Shown in pieces: positions 46,209 to 59,200 of a stretch of DNA of 64,000 bases (the stretch's first letter is position 1; each line of letters opens with the position of its first letter). Below the pieces are notes generated by a model, which saw only the letters and a list, made by a program, of their open reading frames with translations, did not search any database and was not told where the DNA came from. The stretch spans positions 62,001 through 126,000 of the forward strand of contig CDMY01000228.1 of NCBI GenBank assembly GCA_001179505.1, given 5' to 3'. Source of the DNA: Vitrella brassicaformis CCMP3155 (Eukaryota; Protista; Chromerida). The translations under genes and the position numbers were made by a program.

Positions 46209-49200
46209 TCAACGCATTTCGCGCCATGGAAAAGGCCATGACGTGAAATCGGTTGGTGGCGCGGCGGCTGTGCTGAGGCTGAGACGACGAAGATGATGAC
46301 ACAGTGCGTTGAACGAACCAGTTGAATTAACAGCAGTGTGTCCGTTCCATGTAGGCGGCAGCAGCCGGTCTAATGCAGGTGCCCAGCAGCACACACAGAC
46401 CTGGACAAATACATGCATCCGTCTCATGTGCGAAACACGTGGCCTGACCTGCGAATCGACCAGGCCCCCATGCGTCAAGTCAATTCTACCTGCCCACCTG
46501 TCTGCCTGCACCTCTTCACCTGTGGCTGACCCTTTCCAACAACTACACCAGCAGCCCAGGAACCAAGATTGTGGCAACCGGGCCGCCGTTGCAGACGCTG
46601 GAAAGCGTCACCGAATACAGGTGACAGACAGAGGCAAGAGAACCATCCCGCAAGCAAACACTAGGGTACACCCATACACTCATGGGGGTCGGGAGGGTGC
46701 TGGTCTGCCTGGTCTGCTGGCCTGCTGTCACGAAGGGACAGAGGTGATAACAGAGTGCTGCATCACCACTCCACGTTCGCCGCCACACAGACACAGCTCA
46801 GGCAGACATCACGCCCGGCCACCCACCCTGCGTCAATCCATCAATCACCAAAATGTCGATCTATCCATCCATCACAACAGAAGACTACCCGGGCGGGCCA
46901 GATACACCGAAAATCGCCCGCCCGCCACTTTCCTGCATGGCTCTCTGCATCTGCACGCCCCTCATCTCCCCCATTTGCCAGCCAGCAACTACGAGATCGA
47001 CCACAGCTCATGCTCCGCCGCCCCCTGACAGAACCGCAGCACGCCCCAGAGGCTCGCCCTGCTATGCCGGCCCTCATACCGCAGCAGAGGCCCAGCATAC
47101 CGCACTAGGTAGTGCGCCGTAGCAGTCTCTTCCGGCAGATCCCCCTCGATGTGGAAGCATAGCTCACGGCTCGCCTGTGACGGCTGGGGGGTGTCTCGGG
47201 GTGCGGGTGGCGGGCGTGTGGTGCGTGCGACTGCACGGGGGCTGGTGGGGCCGACGGTGGGTGGTGAGGAGACGGGCAGCGGCTTGTCGGTCTGAATGCC
47301 GCCCTGGGATATCGGGGGAGGCGGCTCGACCGACCAGCTGAGGTTGGAGACCTGATCGAACACACACACGATTGGCAAAGAGAAACGAGGTGCGATGAAG
47401 GATCCACGGGCAAGACGGGCGCTCGCTCACTCACTCACTGACCGCGAATGTGTGTATCGAGGGCCAGACGTCCTGGAACGCCAAAATGCAGCTGATGGGC
47501 ACGTCTTCAGCAACACCATCACCATCACCACCACCACCACCACCCCCATCGTCCTGGTTATCGTCAGTCACATGTGCCGCCGCCCCTCCTTGGGGCACAT
47601 GTGCTGTGAAATGTGCCGTGACTCCGTGCAGGGTTGGGGGAGGAGGGGCGGGGGCGGGGGTGGGGGTAGTGTTGTGCGTCTGAGAAGCAGCACCAGCACC
47701 AGCCGCTGCTGCGGTGCCCTGCAGCATTGCAGTGAGTGTCTGGACGACGGCAGGTCCCAGGGGGCCGTGTGTCTGAGCCGTGGCTATGGCCGCCACTGCC
47801 GGCGGCGCGGCCGCCAGGAGGGCCCTCAACTTCCTCGATGGGGCCTGTGTGTGCGGATGCACCGCAACACATCACAACAGAGGTCAATCAGTCATCGATT
47901 CACACACTGAATGTACCCACCCCACCCACATAGGTACCTGAAGCCTCATGCTCCGCTTCGTCAGCGCCCGCACAGCTTGAGGACCGTGGCCGTGCAGCAT
48001 GCCGAGATGAAGGGTCGTCATCTGTGGCGCCACCAGCAGCACCGTCGGCAGGTCCGTCACGATCCGCCGGGCCGCAGCGGGCTGGGGCATCAAGTAATGC
48101 ATCGCATGTGCCCGCCACACGCCATCCACAAACTGACCCTCCTCAATCGACAGCGCCCGGCAATGCGGCAGCCGCAAAGGGCAGTTTGCCGCTTCCAGGT
48201 TGACGGGCGATGTGCTGCGCACACGGCAGGCGAGTAGGGAGGGGAGGGAGGGCAGGACGACCTTCTTGACACCACCCAGGTCGAGCGACTGCAGGGTGTC
48301 GCGGCAGAAGCTGATGAGCCGAGGGGGCATGGACTCGTTGATCTTCTTCTCGGTGGCTGTGGGTGAGAGCGGCTCGACTCGCCAGTGGAGGTGGGTGAGG
48401 GATCGGGCGCAGACGAGAATGGACTCCACCCAGTCATCGGGGAGGGAGGGGCCATGGCCCATCACGGACAGCCACGTCATGTGCTGCCGATACTGACCCG
48501 CAACCTCAGCAAACGACAGAGAACCTGACACACAACACACACAACACACACAACACACACAACACACACACTCACACGCCTCTTTGCCTCCCCACTCCCC
48601 TCGCACACCTTCTCCATCTCCGTCAGGCAGCTTTGCCAGTGCCTGTGCGTGCTTGGGCATGTACACCGCCACCTCCTGCGGCCCCTCAGCCGACAACGCC
48701 GATGCCGATGGAGCAGCGGCGGCAGCAGCAGGAGGCCGTTGCATCCCTGGTGCTGCCGCTGCCGCTGCCGCTGCCGCTGCCGCTGCCTCTGCTTGTGCGC
48801 GGTTGCAGAAGAAGTCCACCATGGCCTGCCTGCGTGAGAGTGGAACAGCGGTGCTGGTTGCGTCAGCTGCAGCCGCACCATTGCGACACGTTACCCCGCG
48901 CCCCTGCTGCTGGTGGTGGTGGTGCGTGGTGTCGGGCCCGAGGACGAGCCGCTCGAAGCGGGGCGGCGCCCTGCAGGCTGCGTCGAGTGCGCGGCATGTG
49001 TACGGGAGTGTGGCGAGAGATGAGAAGGGCAGGTAGGACACTATGTGGTCCTCGCAGGGGATCACCGACCTGATGGATAGATACGTACAGCCGCAGACCG
49101 ACGTGACGGGAGTGGGGTGAATGTAATGTGTGTGGATGGCTCTGTCTGGGCTGCTCACGTGACGGTTGCGGCTTTCTCGAGTGTTTCTTCGTCGACAGAG

Positions 49201-49668
49201 TAGATGATGGTCAGCTGCGGGATGAGCCCCTTGCGCACGGCAGCAGCCAGGCTACTGGCATCACGCAACCACATACCTGCACACATGTGCACACATACAC
49301 ACACACATTCGGACAGACAGAGAGATCTTGTCCGCCCATCCAGGCACCCACGCCAGCGGCATTCTCGTACCCTGCTGCTCGATGCCCAGTGCGTCCAGCC
49401 CCATGACCCGCCCCATCTGGTCCTTACGCGGCACGCTCATCCGCTCCTTGGCCTTCTTCGCATTCTCACGACGCAGCGCCCTCATTATGGTCTCCGTGTG
49501 CAGGTCGATAAGGCGGTACACCAGGCGCCGCTGGTCAGCCGCCGACAGCCGCACCACGCAGAAGTCTACGGTCGCCGATGCAATACAGCGCAGCTTGGCA
49601 CCGCCTTCTTCGGCGGCTGATCTGCCGGACTGCCGCCTCTTGCGGGCGGGAGCGGGGAGTACCGACAT
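46209..49668 (-). CDS. F-box/LRR-like protein
   Basis: F-box-like IPCEDHIVSYLPFSSLATLPYTCRALDAAC..P.FERLVL, followed by LRR-like segments (SLTHLHW, LQSLDLGG, LPSLLACRV, MTTLHLG). 3' exons below ~47100 are uncertain. Confidence 0.55.
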
Positions 49669-49974
49669 TTTGGCTGCTTTCCTTTACTAGGGTTGCCAGC
49701 GCAGGGTTCCAGAGCGGGGGCAGGGTATGCCGTGTAACCATCTTGAGAGACGCTAATCGCAGTCTCGGCGCCAGAGCTCCTGTGGACAGAGGGAAGCGGC
49801 AGCAGCGTCACAAGTAGCAGTGCTGCATCGAGATCTTTCCATTTCATCTCAAACAAGAGTCCGAAAGATCTGCGCTCCTCTCCTGTGCGTCATCGACCTC
49901 AACGGCTTGTGCATTCATCCATCCATCTAAGCAGACAGAAGCGCTGGGCAATTCCCCGTTGACACATACCTGAC

Positions 49975-52784
49975 ATGGTGCAGATGAAGAGATACGACTC
50001 CTTCAAAAGGTGAAGAACTTGCAGACAGACAGACAAGTGACGTAGACGGACATCTTTTGCCTGTGTGTGTTTGCGTGTGATGCAGCCGACGGTTCCGTGT
50101 GTTGGTGAGTGACAGCATCGACAATGCTGGCATCGACATCCTCTCCACCGTGGCCGACGTCGACGTCAAGACCAAACTCACTGAGGACCAAATATGCGAA
50201 ATCATCCCAGAATACGACGCCATGATGGTACACAGACACACAGACACACACATGCCCACCGATATGGTGTGTTGACTGACAGGTGCGTAGCGGCACCAAG
50301 GTGACAGAGAAGATCATCCGTTCGAGCAAGAAGCTCAAGATCATCGGCCGGGCCGGCGTGGGCGTCGACAATGTCAACGTCAAGGCCGCCACCGACACCG
50401 GCATCTTCGTCGTCAACTCGCCTCTCGGCAACACGTACGGTGGACCTCTCTCACTCTCTCACCCACACAGACAAGACACACATGCCACATGCATCTCCAT
50501 GCATCTCTGCTGCATCTGTCTGTGTCTGTCTGTCTGTGGTCACTCACATCACGTCAGTGTGGCAGCCGCCGAGCACACCTTGGCGCTGCTGATGGCGTTG
50601 AGTCGCAACATCGCCCCGGCTGACGCGTCGATGCGCGCACTCAAGTGGGAGCGCAACAAGTTCATGGGCAGCCAGCTGCAGGGCAAGATTCTCGGCATCG
50701 TCGGGCTCGGACAGGTGAGGGATGGTGTCTGTGCGCGAGGGTGTGAGGATCTGGGCGCATGTGAGAAGAAGATGTGTGGTCTGTTTGTGTGTCAGGTTGG
50801 CAGCCACGTTGCCAAGGTGGCCCGTGAGATGGGCATGAAGCTCCTCACCTTCGACCCATATGTCAACGAAGCAAAGGTGCCACACACACACACACAACCA
50901 TCACACAGCCCGATCTCTCCCTCTCGTCTGTGTGTGTGTCTTGCGTGTCTTCCATTAAACAGGCGGCCTCCCTTGACTGCCAGATCGTGACCCTTGAGGA
51001 GCTCTACAAAATGAGCGACTACATCACGCTCCACGTGCCGCTCATCCCCGAGACCAAACACATGATCAACGCCGACACCATCAAGACCATGAAGCGCACA
51101 TGCCGCATCATCAACGCGTCGCGCGGGGGGGTCATCGACGAGAAGGCACTGGTTGAGGCACTCAAGGAGGGACGACTGGCCGGAGCCGCGATGGGTGTGT
51201 GGGGAGGGAGGGAGGGAGGGAGGGAGGGAGAGAGGGAGGGAGGGAGGGAGAGGTGAATGCCTCTACTTGGTGTGGTGTGGTGTCTGGTCCGTCATCAGAT
51301 GTGTTTGAGGAGGAGAAGGCGTTCGCCGAGGACAACCCCCTGCTCACCGCGCCCAACATGCTGCTCACGCCTCACCTCGGTCAGTCACCTCATGACACGC
51401 ACAGCTCACTGCGTCTGTCTGCAAATGGTCTGTGGGTGGTGTGTGGTTCAGGTGCGTCGACTCACGAGGCTCAGGTCAACGTGGCGGTGGACGTGGCGCA
51501 GCAGATCAAGGACACCCTCCAGGGCAACCTACCGCAGTCCGCTGTCAACATACCCGTAGGCAGGCCTAGAATTGCACCTCTACGACACGGATCCATTCTC
51601 TTGTGTGTTATGTGATGTGTGTGTTGTGTGTGCAATGGGCACAGGGAATGCGTGCGGCCGAGCTGCAGCAAATCCTGCCCCTCCTCAGCTGCTGCGACGA
51701 CCTCGGCAAAGTCACTGTCCAGCTGCTGCAGGGCGCACTGGAAAAGGTGATTTGACACCCACACCCACACCCTCCAACCACCACCACCCCACCCACACTC
51801 GCCTGTGTGTGTGTGTGTGTGCAGATAACGGTCACGTTGGAGGGCGAGTACGCCAGCGAGCGCGGCGACCCCATGCTGCTGGCGGTGGCCAAGGGCGCCC
51901 TGGCGGTGCAGCTCGACAGGCCCGTCAACTTCGTCAACGTCAAACAGGTCGCAGACACCTTCAAGGTCGCTCTCTCTGTTGCCAAAGGTGCTCACAGACA
52001 GACACACATGAACACAGAGGGTGTCTCGTCTCGTCACTCATGTGTGTACGTGTGTGTTGTCAGAGCCGCACCACACGAAGCCCGGCCTGCGTGTGGAGAT
52101 GAAGAGCAGGACCGAGACGGCCACTGTGCGCGGTGAGTGAATGCAGTCACACCACACGCATGCACCACGATGGATGGCAAGAGCAGATGGCTGATGTGCA
52201 TGTGTGTGTGTGTGTGTGTGTCAGGGACCAACACTGACGACGGGAAGGTGCTGATGACGGCCTTCCAGGACGTGCCGATCTACATGCTGCTGCCTGACCT
52301 CGGCAGCAAGAAAACCTCCTTCATCTACTCCATGCACAGGTAGCTGATGCCCAGCCGCAACACACACACACACGCACACACACACAGGTGTACTTGTGTT
52401 CCTCCTTCTCTCCTTCTCTGTCTCCCTCTGTCTGTGTGCAGCGATTCGCCCGGTGTGCTGGCTAAGGTGACGGGCATCCTGGGCAAGCACCAGCTCAACA
52501 TCGGCAACCTACACTTGGGTACCTCACACACACATGCAGAGCACCGATATGTCTTGTGTGGTGATGATGTGGTGATGACGTGGTGTCCCTGTGTGTCTGT
52601 CAGGTCGCAAGGCGCCCAATTTGGGCATCGCTATAGCGTCGGTTGACGGCGGTGTCTCTCAGGAGGCGCTCGACGAAGTCAAGGCACTCGACACCGTCAA
52701 GGTACGCACCGACAGGACACACAGATACAGGGCAGTCAATGACACAGTGTGTGTGTGCAGGAGTGCAAGGTATTCGTGGTTTAA
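49975..52784 (+). CDS. serA: D-3-phosphoglycerate dehydrogenase, type I (with ASB and ACT domains)
   Basis: VRSGTKVT, IIGRAGVGVDNV, AAAEHTLALL, KWERNKFMG, GIVGLGQ/VG, TLHVPL, INASRGGVIDE, TPHLG/AST.EAQ, ACT domain DSPGVLAKVTGILGKHQLNIGNLHLG/R; ~15 GT-AG introns. Confidence 0.95.
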
Positions 52785-53699
52785 GTGAAGAAGACCAGAC
52801 CAGGCCGGGCCGGGCCGGGCCACGTGTTCGCCGGGCTCTCTCGCCTTGTTTGTTTCCTGTAATGTGATGCACTGACCGGGAATGATCCTCTCTTGTGTCG
52901 CGACAGACACACGAGGGGCTGATTCCCGGAGGGAGCAGCACGTGACAGAAACAAGCGAGCACAGAGAGACCAGGTAGTTGCGTTTCGTCAAGTCGTTTCG
53001 TTCGCCTGTCGATAAGGGAATGATAGATCAGCCCTCCCCATCCCATCCATGTCTGTCTGTGTGAGAGGGACAAACGCCCGAGGGCCTTTTTTCACGCCCT
53101 CATGCGTGCCGACATCCCTCTCCATCCCTGTGTGTCTGTCTGTGTTGCCGCCACCCATCCATCCATCCATCCATCCCGCTGCAGTTTTGCCCGGTAGTAC
53201 CGTAGCCTGACACGGAGTCAGCAGTGCACTCACTCGTAGGTGCATGTGTGTGTGCGTGTGTGCGTAAGGTGGGGTACATCTCTATGTGTGTGTGTGTATG
53301 CGTGTCGGCTGGCCGACCTGGTCGGTCGATGCCGCGCGCACATACGGCTTTTTCACTCTCAGGGTGGGTGGATGGAAAGATGGTGGCTGGAGGCTGGGAG
53401 ACGTTCGTGAGCATGCGCGCTTTATGCGACAGACAGACAGGAGGGCTCGTTTTGGGGCGGGCGGGTGGGGTGGGGTGGGCATGTAGGTCAATTTTCTGGG
53501 TCTGCCCATGCGTTTCCTTGTGTGGTGCCGACAAACAGACTCTTGTATGCCTGCGTGCGTGCGTGCGTGCGTGTGGCTGGCTGCATTCGAGTTCAATGGA
53601 TGGAAAAAGCGCTTTGTTGAACACGCCGGTCACTCACCCACTGACCTGACACCACATCGCTTCGCTTCACGAGTCCGTCTCTCTCAGTACAATCGACTT

Positions 53700-56100
53700 C
53701 ATTGACCAAGCCAACCAAGACCTTTAGTCTTACTCTTGCAAGGCACCAGCCAGAAAAAGAAGAGAGACCTGACTTACCAGCCAAACACCCCCACTCCCCC
53801 TGACGCACCAGACCCACTGCTGCGGCCCACATACACTGTCGACTTGGCCACTGGCATCTTCTTCGTGTCCGCTGCTGGCGGTTGGGGGACCATCCGAACC
53901 CCCCCACCGCCACCACCGGCAGCATTTGCGTGCCCATGATCCGGTCGCTTCCTTTTCCCGTCCCTCTCTCCCCCTCTCTCCCTGGTGGCGCCCTCGTCCT
54001 CGAACGTGAACAGAGACGCCAGCGACAGCCGGCCGAGCAAAGACACGGACGGTGTGGATGTGTCTCCTCTGTCCCCTCTCTCTTTCTCTTCATAGTCACC
54101 GACAGAGAGAGTGGTCATCTCGTCGTGGGATGGGGTGGGCGAGGGCGGTGGAGGGATGGCAAGGCTTTGTTGCTGCTGCTCACCGAAGAGGGAGCCGAAG
54201 AAGGATTGCCTCTGCTGCTGCTGCTGCTGCTGTTGGTGCTGCTGAACTTTCTCCTTGTTGGCAAGGGCCTCCGCCCGCTTGATGAAGAGCACTGCTTTGG
54301 CTGCTGTCTTGTGTCGGCTGGCGGGTGGTGGTGGAGGGGGTGTGCTGGGGGCCGATGGGGGTCCGCCCTCTCCCTCTCCCTCTGCCTCTTCCTCTTCCTC
54401 TCCCTCCTCCTTGCGTGTGACGGCCTCTTCCACACCCCCAAACAGGAGGGACAACAGCCTCCGCTGCAGAGTGATGTCCTCTTTCTTCTGCGTGTCTCCC
54501 CTCTCTGTGGCGTTGACCCTCTCTGTGGGGATGTTGTCCCAGTCGCTTTGTCGGGGGGGAACACTGGCGCGCCGATGACGGTTCTGGTCCTTCTTCTTGT
54601 TGGTGGCGGCCAGGGCCTGCGTGCGCTTGAGGAAGAGCGCCGTCTTGCCAAGCACCTTTATTCGAGGGATCGGCGGGCGGCCCCACTCCGTGACGTCGAT
54701 CTTGTCTTCCTCTCCCTCCTCTTCTCCCTCTTCGCCCGTTTCCTCCTCTCTTTCGGCTGCTGGCATGAGAAAGGAGCTGAAGAGCTTTTGGAAGGTGGAG
54801 GGCTCCTCTTGCTGCGGCTTGTTGTCGTCTTCTTTGGCGGGCTCCGCTGCTGCCGGCTTTCTCTTGTCCTGTTCTTTGATCTTAGACAGGTCTAGGGGAG
54901 GGATGGTGGCATGGTGTGCGGGCGACTGCTGAGCCAGAAGCAGCTCTGACAGGGCGATCTGGGTCTCTGTCGATGAAGCATCACTCTGCAGACACACATG
55001 CACCGCCATGTGTGTGCGTGTGGCTGTCGTGGGCTGGCTGACCATGTTGTCGAGGTAGTGATGTTGTCTGTTCCCCGCCACTCGTGCAGGTGAGGGGCCG
55101 TATGAGCTGTGGACGGAGGGCGCCATCGACGATCCGCGGCCACTCACACCTCCACCACCGGCACCGTCCTTGTCGATGACGCCCTGTGGTTGAGGAGGCA
55201 GCAGCAGAGTGGTCTTGAAGGGCAGCGGCAGCTCTGGCTCGTGCTGCTCCCTCAACGTCGCCTGAATGAATGAACGAGACACAGACCCCCCTCTCAATCG
55301 TCCATCTGTCCGCTATTCTCACCGCAGCGGTTTGGTAGCGTGCTGTGTCGTCCTGTGGCGAAGTGGGTGGCTTGGACTTAGTGTGCTGGAAGGCCTGAAC
55401 CCTCTGCCTGACCTCACACACGTGCGCCATCTCGTCCTTGAGCAAACGGGTCAATGTGGGGCCATCCGCCTGTCAGCAAATGGAAGGAGGAAAAGGATTT
55501 CAGCCTGAGGGCCCGATGTGTATGCTCACCAACAGGCCCCCTGCGCCCTTTCTCACCTGGCCCCCTCCACCAGACACCGGTGAAGCGTCCCCCACCGAAC
55601 CAGCCGCTTCCTGAAAAAGGGGAAGGCAAAACTGACACATTGAGCGGGTGATCCTGCATGAAGGCGCCTGCCCTATGTGTATCATCGCCCACCTTGTCGT
55701 CCATGCTGGTGATGTCGTCGCACAGGTCCCCCCATTGCCGCTTCAGCCCCGTCGCCAACTCGCTGACTTTGCCCGCCTCCCCAGCGTCAGAAAACTGCAC
55801 AACTCTCGAAACTTCGACGCCTGTCATCCTCTCCAGCGCATAACAAACTTCACGCGGCAAAACTTGCGGACGCGAACGAAAAAATGCGGACCGACAGTGT
55901 TGGGGCTCGTGAAACTTACTGCCAGACGATTGATGAACGATTTCCTGTTTCTTGTGATGCCGTGAGCCACAGTGATGGATCAGGTACAACAAATCACACA
56001 GCACGTGTCAATGTAGACAAAAAGACCATATCTCACTTGGTCTGGATGGATGGGGCGCCTGGTAGGGTGACAGAGCACTTCGGCGGTCCGGCCGTATCGC
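53700..56100 (-). CDS. Low-complexity hypothetical protein with repeated basic amphipathic helices
   Basis: Long exon ~54950-53835 (poly-E, poly-Q; KVLGKTALFLKRTQALA and KTAAKAVLFIKRAEALA) plus upstream exons (EVCYALERMTGVEVSRVVQF...); both ends are approximate. Confidence 0.5.
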
Positions 56101-56201
56101 AGCACGCACGCAAGTAGGCGTCACCCACCACCCATGCCCAAGAGGCTGCACTTATCCTTTCGCGAGATCTTCCGTTGCACCCCTCTGTTCCTGGCGGTGT
56201 C

Positions 56202-59200
56202 ATGCAGAACGCATCGAGCACACAGTCTGAGCCGCCTCCCGATGGCGCATCGAGCAGCGGTGGAGGCGCAGAGCTCCATTCCAGGCCGCGAAGGGGCACA
56301 GCAATGGCCAAACGACCACCCAAACCCAAGTAAGAGCAACGAGGGAGTACGAGGGAGGGAGGGTCGTTCCACCCACCGCATACACACGATTCATTGTCGT
56401 GTGTTCTGCCCGCGTTCACATCAGAAGCACCGTTTCACACGCACCTGCCAGCCACACATCCCACGGCCACCCCTTCATCCATCCCGACGCACAGATCCAT
56501 GATGACAATGTAGCTGGTGGTGGTGGTGGTGCTGCTGCTGCATCGGCTGTGGAGCCCCAAGACCCCTTGCGTCACCTGTCTGGCGGCACTGGCGACGAGG
56601 GCAACCAGCGGTTCAGCGCCATCTCGTCCGTCCACTTCACCGACCCATCGCAGATGTCGTCGCCCCCTCAGTACAGCAGCTTCCCCCTGTCGGACTCGCA
56701 CACAAGCTCGCCGGCCAACCGGTCAGAGGCAGCGCCGTCAGAGGCAGGGCCTCTTCAATTCAACCAAGAAGACGCTGTAGGAGGTGGTCGTGTCTTCTCG
56801 TTTGGGCCACCGGATGGTGATGGTGCCGGTGGTGAGGTAGACGTAGACGATGAGCCGATGGCGGAGGAGGGAGGCGACCATGGAGAGGGGGAGGGAGAGG
56901 GGGAGGTGGTGCTCGCGCCGGCTGAGGACGGCGTACCGGTGTTCGGCGTGCCAGAGCATATCCCCATGGACACCACCCCAGCGACAATCGAGCGTCGCGA
57001 GGGCACTCGGCTGACGGACCAGTCTCCCGTGACCGTCCGTGGCCCGGCCGCGGCGAGCCCAGCTCCAGATGAGGGACCGGACGATTCCATCGCTGTGCCC
57101 CGCCCAGTAGGTGGGCTCCCCTTGACGCCATCCAAGACACAAGTACATGGGCAGCCGCGGGGGGGACCACAGGCAACGCCGCCGGGCAACTATCGCTTCT
57201 TCGCACGTGCGGGACTGCAGCCGGTTCATATTGAGCGCACACCGAGCTCGGCATTCCCTGGCTGCTCTCCAAGTCCTCAGGTAAGTGCTCGAAATGCGAT
57301 ACTGTGCTCGCCTTTGGCATTTGGTGTGTGTGTGTGTGTGTGGTTGGTTTTATTCTCAGACGAAGCCAATTCCCGACCCGTCCCCCGCTCCCCCATCCCC
57401 CTCGTTCGGCGACAACCAACAGCAGGCCCCATCCACACCCTCACCTCCAGACAATGCCCAGCAGACACAGGACGGCCCAGCTGAGGAGCCGCCCCCCGCC
57501 ACACGTACAGGAGAAATGGCCGTAGTGGCTGGCGCAGAGAACGAGGGAGAGGGCAATGACAGCGAGCTGATGCCACTCGCCTCCCCCTCCCCCGACCCTG
57601 GTGGCCATGGCGCGAGGGAGGGCCGACGCACGGCGGCGTTTGGGACTGAAGAGGATGCCGCGCCATCGAGGAGGGAGGGGGCAGGGGTGGGGGAAGGGGA
57701 GCAGCAGCTGCGGGGGCCACAGGCAACCCCGCCAGGCAACTATCGCTACTTTGCGCGTGCGGGGTTGCAGCCGGTTCATATTGAGCGCACACCGAGCTCG
57801 GCGTTTCCTGGCTGCTCTCCAAGTCCTCATGTAAGTGCTCGAAATGCGATACTGTGCTCGCCTTTGGCATTCGTGTGGCTATGGTGTGTGTTTTGTTCTA
57901 TCATTCAGACCAAGACCCTCCCCGACCCGTCCCCCTCTCCCCCATCCCCGCCACGTGACTTCAGCATGCCCGACTCGCCCGTCTCCTTCGGCGACAACCA
58001 ACAGCAGGCCCCATCGCCACCCTCACCTCCAGACAACCCGCAGCAGACGCAGGACGGCCCAGTGGATGAGCCACCCCCCGCCACTCGCACCGAGGAGGCA
58101 GCCGCAGTAGCTGGCGTAGAGAGCGTCGTCGAGGGCGATGACAGCAACCTGATGCCGCTCGCATCGCCTTCCCCCGACTCTGGCGGCCGCGGTGGGAGGG
58201 AGAGCCGACTCACGGCCGCGTTTGGGAGCACAGAGGATGCCCACGATGACGCGTTCTCCTTCGGCGCCCCTGCCGCTGCGCCTTCTCCTGTATTCACATT
58301 CGAACCCCAGCAGCAGCAGCAGCAGCAGCGGTCCGGCGGGAATGGCGATGCGGCCCCACTCTCTTCGCAGCTCCCACCTCCAGAACAAGCTGCTGATGAC
58401 AACCATATTGGGAGCATGGCGGGGGCTCGCTTCTCGTTCGGCCGGACAGAAGAAGACAAGACACAGGAGAGGGCGATGGCGGCGCTGGAGGAGGTCATTA
58501 TGCGGGGGACCATCCGCGCGGCTGTCGAGAAGGAGGTCGCTGGCGCGGCGGTGGGGCAGCCGGCAGAGGAGGTGCGTGGCGAGGATGCTCGTCGCCGGCG
58601 AGACTCGATCCGTCCGCTACCTGCTGCGACGGAGCAGGGTGAGGGAGAGGCTGGGGGCGGTGAAAAGAAGGAGATCAAGATCGCCGCTGCCGTGTTCGAG
58701 CCCAAGAGGACCCACCGCCCGCAGCCCTCCCCCCTCCGCACCCCGACGCGGCTGAAGCTGCCGCCCGAGATCGTCCCACACCCAGAGTCGGCTGCAGCCA
58801 GCAAGCCGAAAGGAGCCTTTCCCAGCATCAAAATCCTGCGGCCTGAGTACGAAAAGCGCGGCAAGTCCAAGGGCATCGGCAAACCGACACACACCCGCCC
58901 CCCCAGCAGCCGGAGCGTTGTCGAGACGGGGAACAGGCAGAAGCGGGGCAAGGGGGGCACGCCCGGCCACACGCCCCCAGGCACCCCCCGATTCGGCAAC
59001 CGCACGCCGAACAAGGACGACAAGACACCACATCATGCGCACGGCAGCCGACTGGGGCCGATGGATGGTGGCAAGGGCATGCTGCCGCGGCCGCCGTCGC
59101 CTCTGTTGGGGGTGGACAAAAGACCCTCCCCTTTTGTGCCGAGGAAGGGCGGGATGGGTGTTGGTGCGGGTGTGGGAGTAGCCGATGGGGATGAGCTCTT

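Noticed and set aside
2416-58230. Repeats considered as a CRISPR array or transposon termini
   Set aside because: Units are 200-750 bp coding exon modules with no constant repeat/unique spacer pattern; no cas, transposase or RT motifs were seen.
53882-59023. Long opposite-strand ORFs (53882-54895 +, 57905-59023 -, also 25675-26442 +)
   Set aside because: They are shadows of GC-rich, low-complexity coding exons on the other strand; they have no motifs or splice signals of their own.
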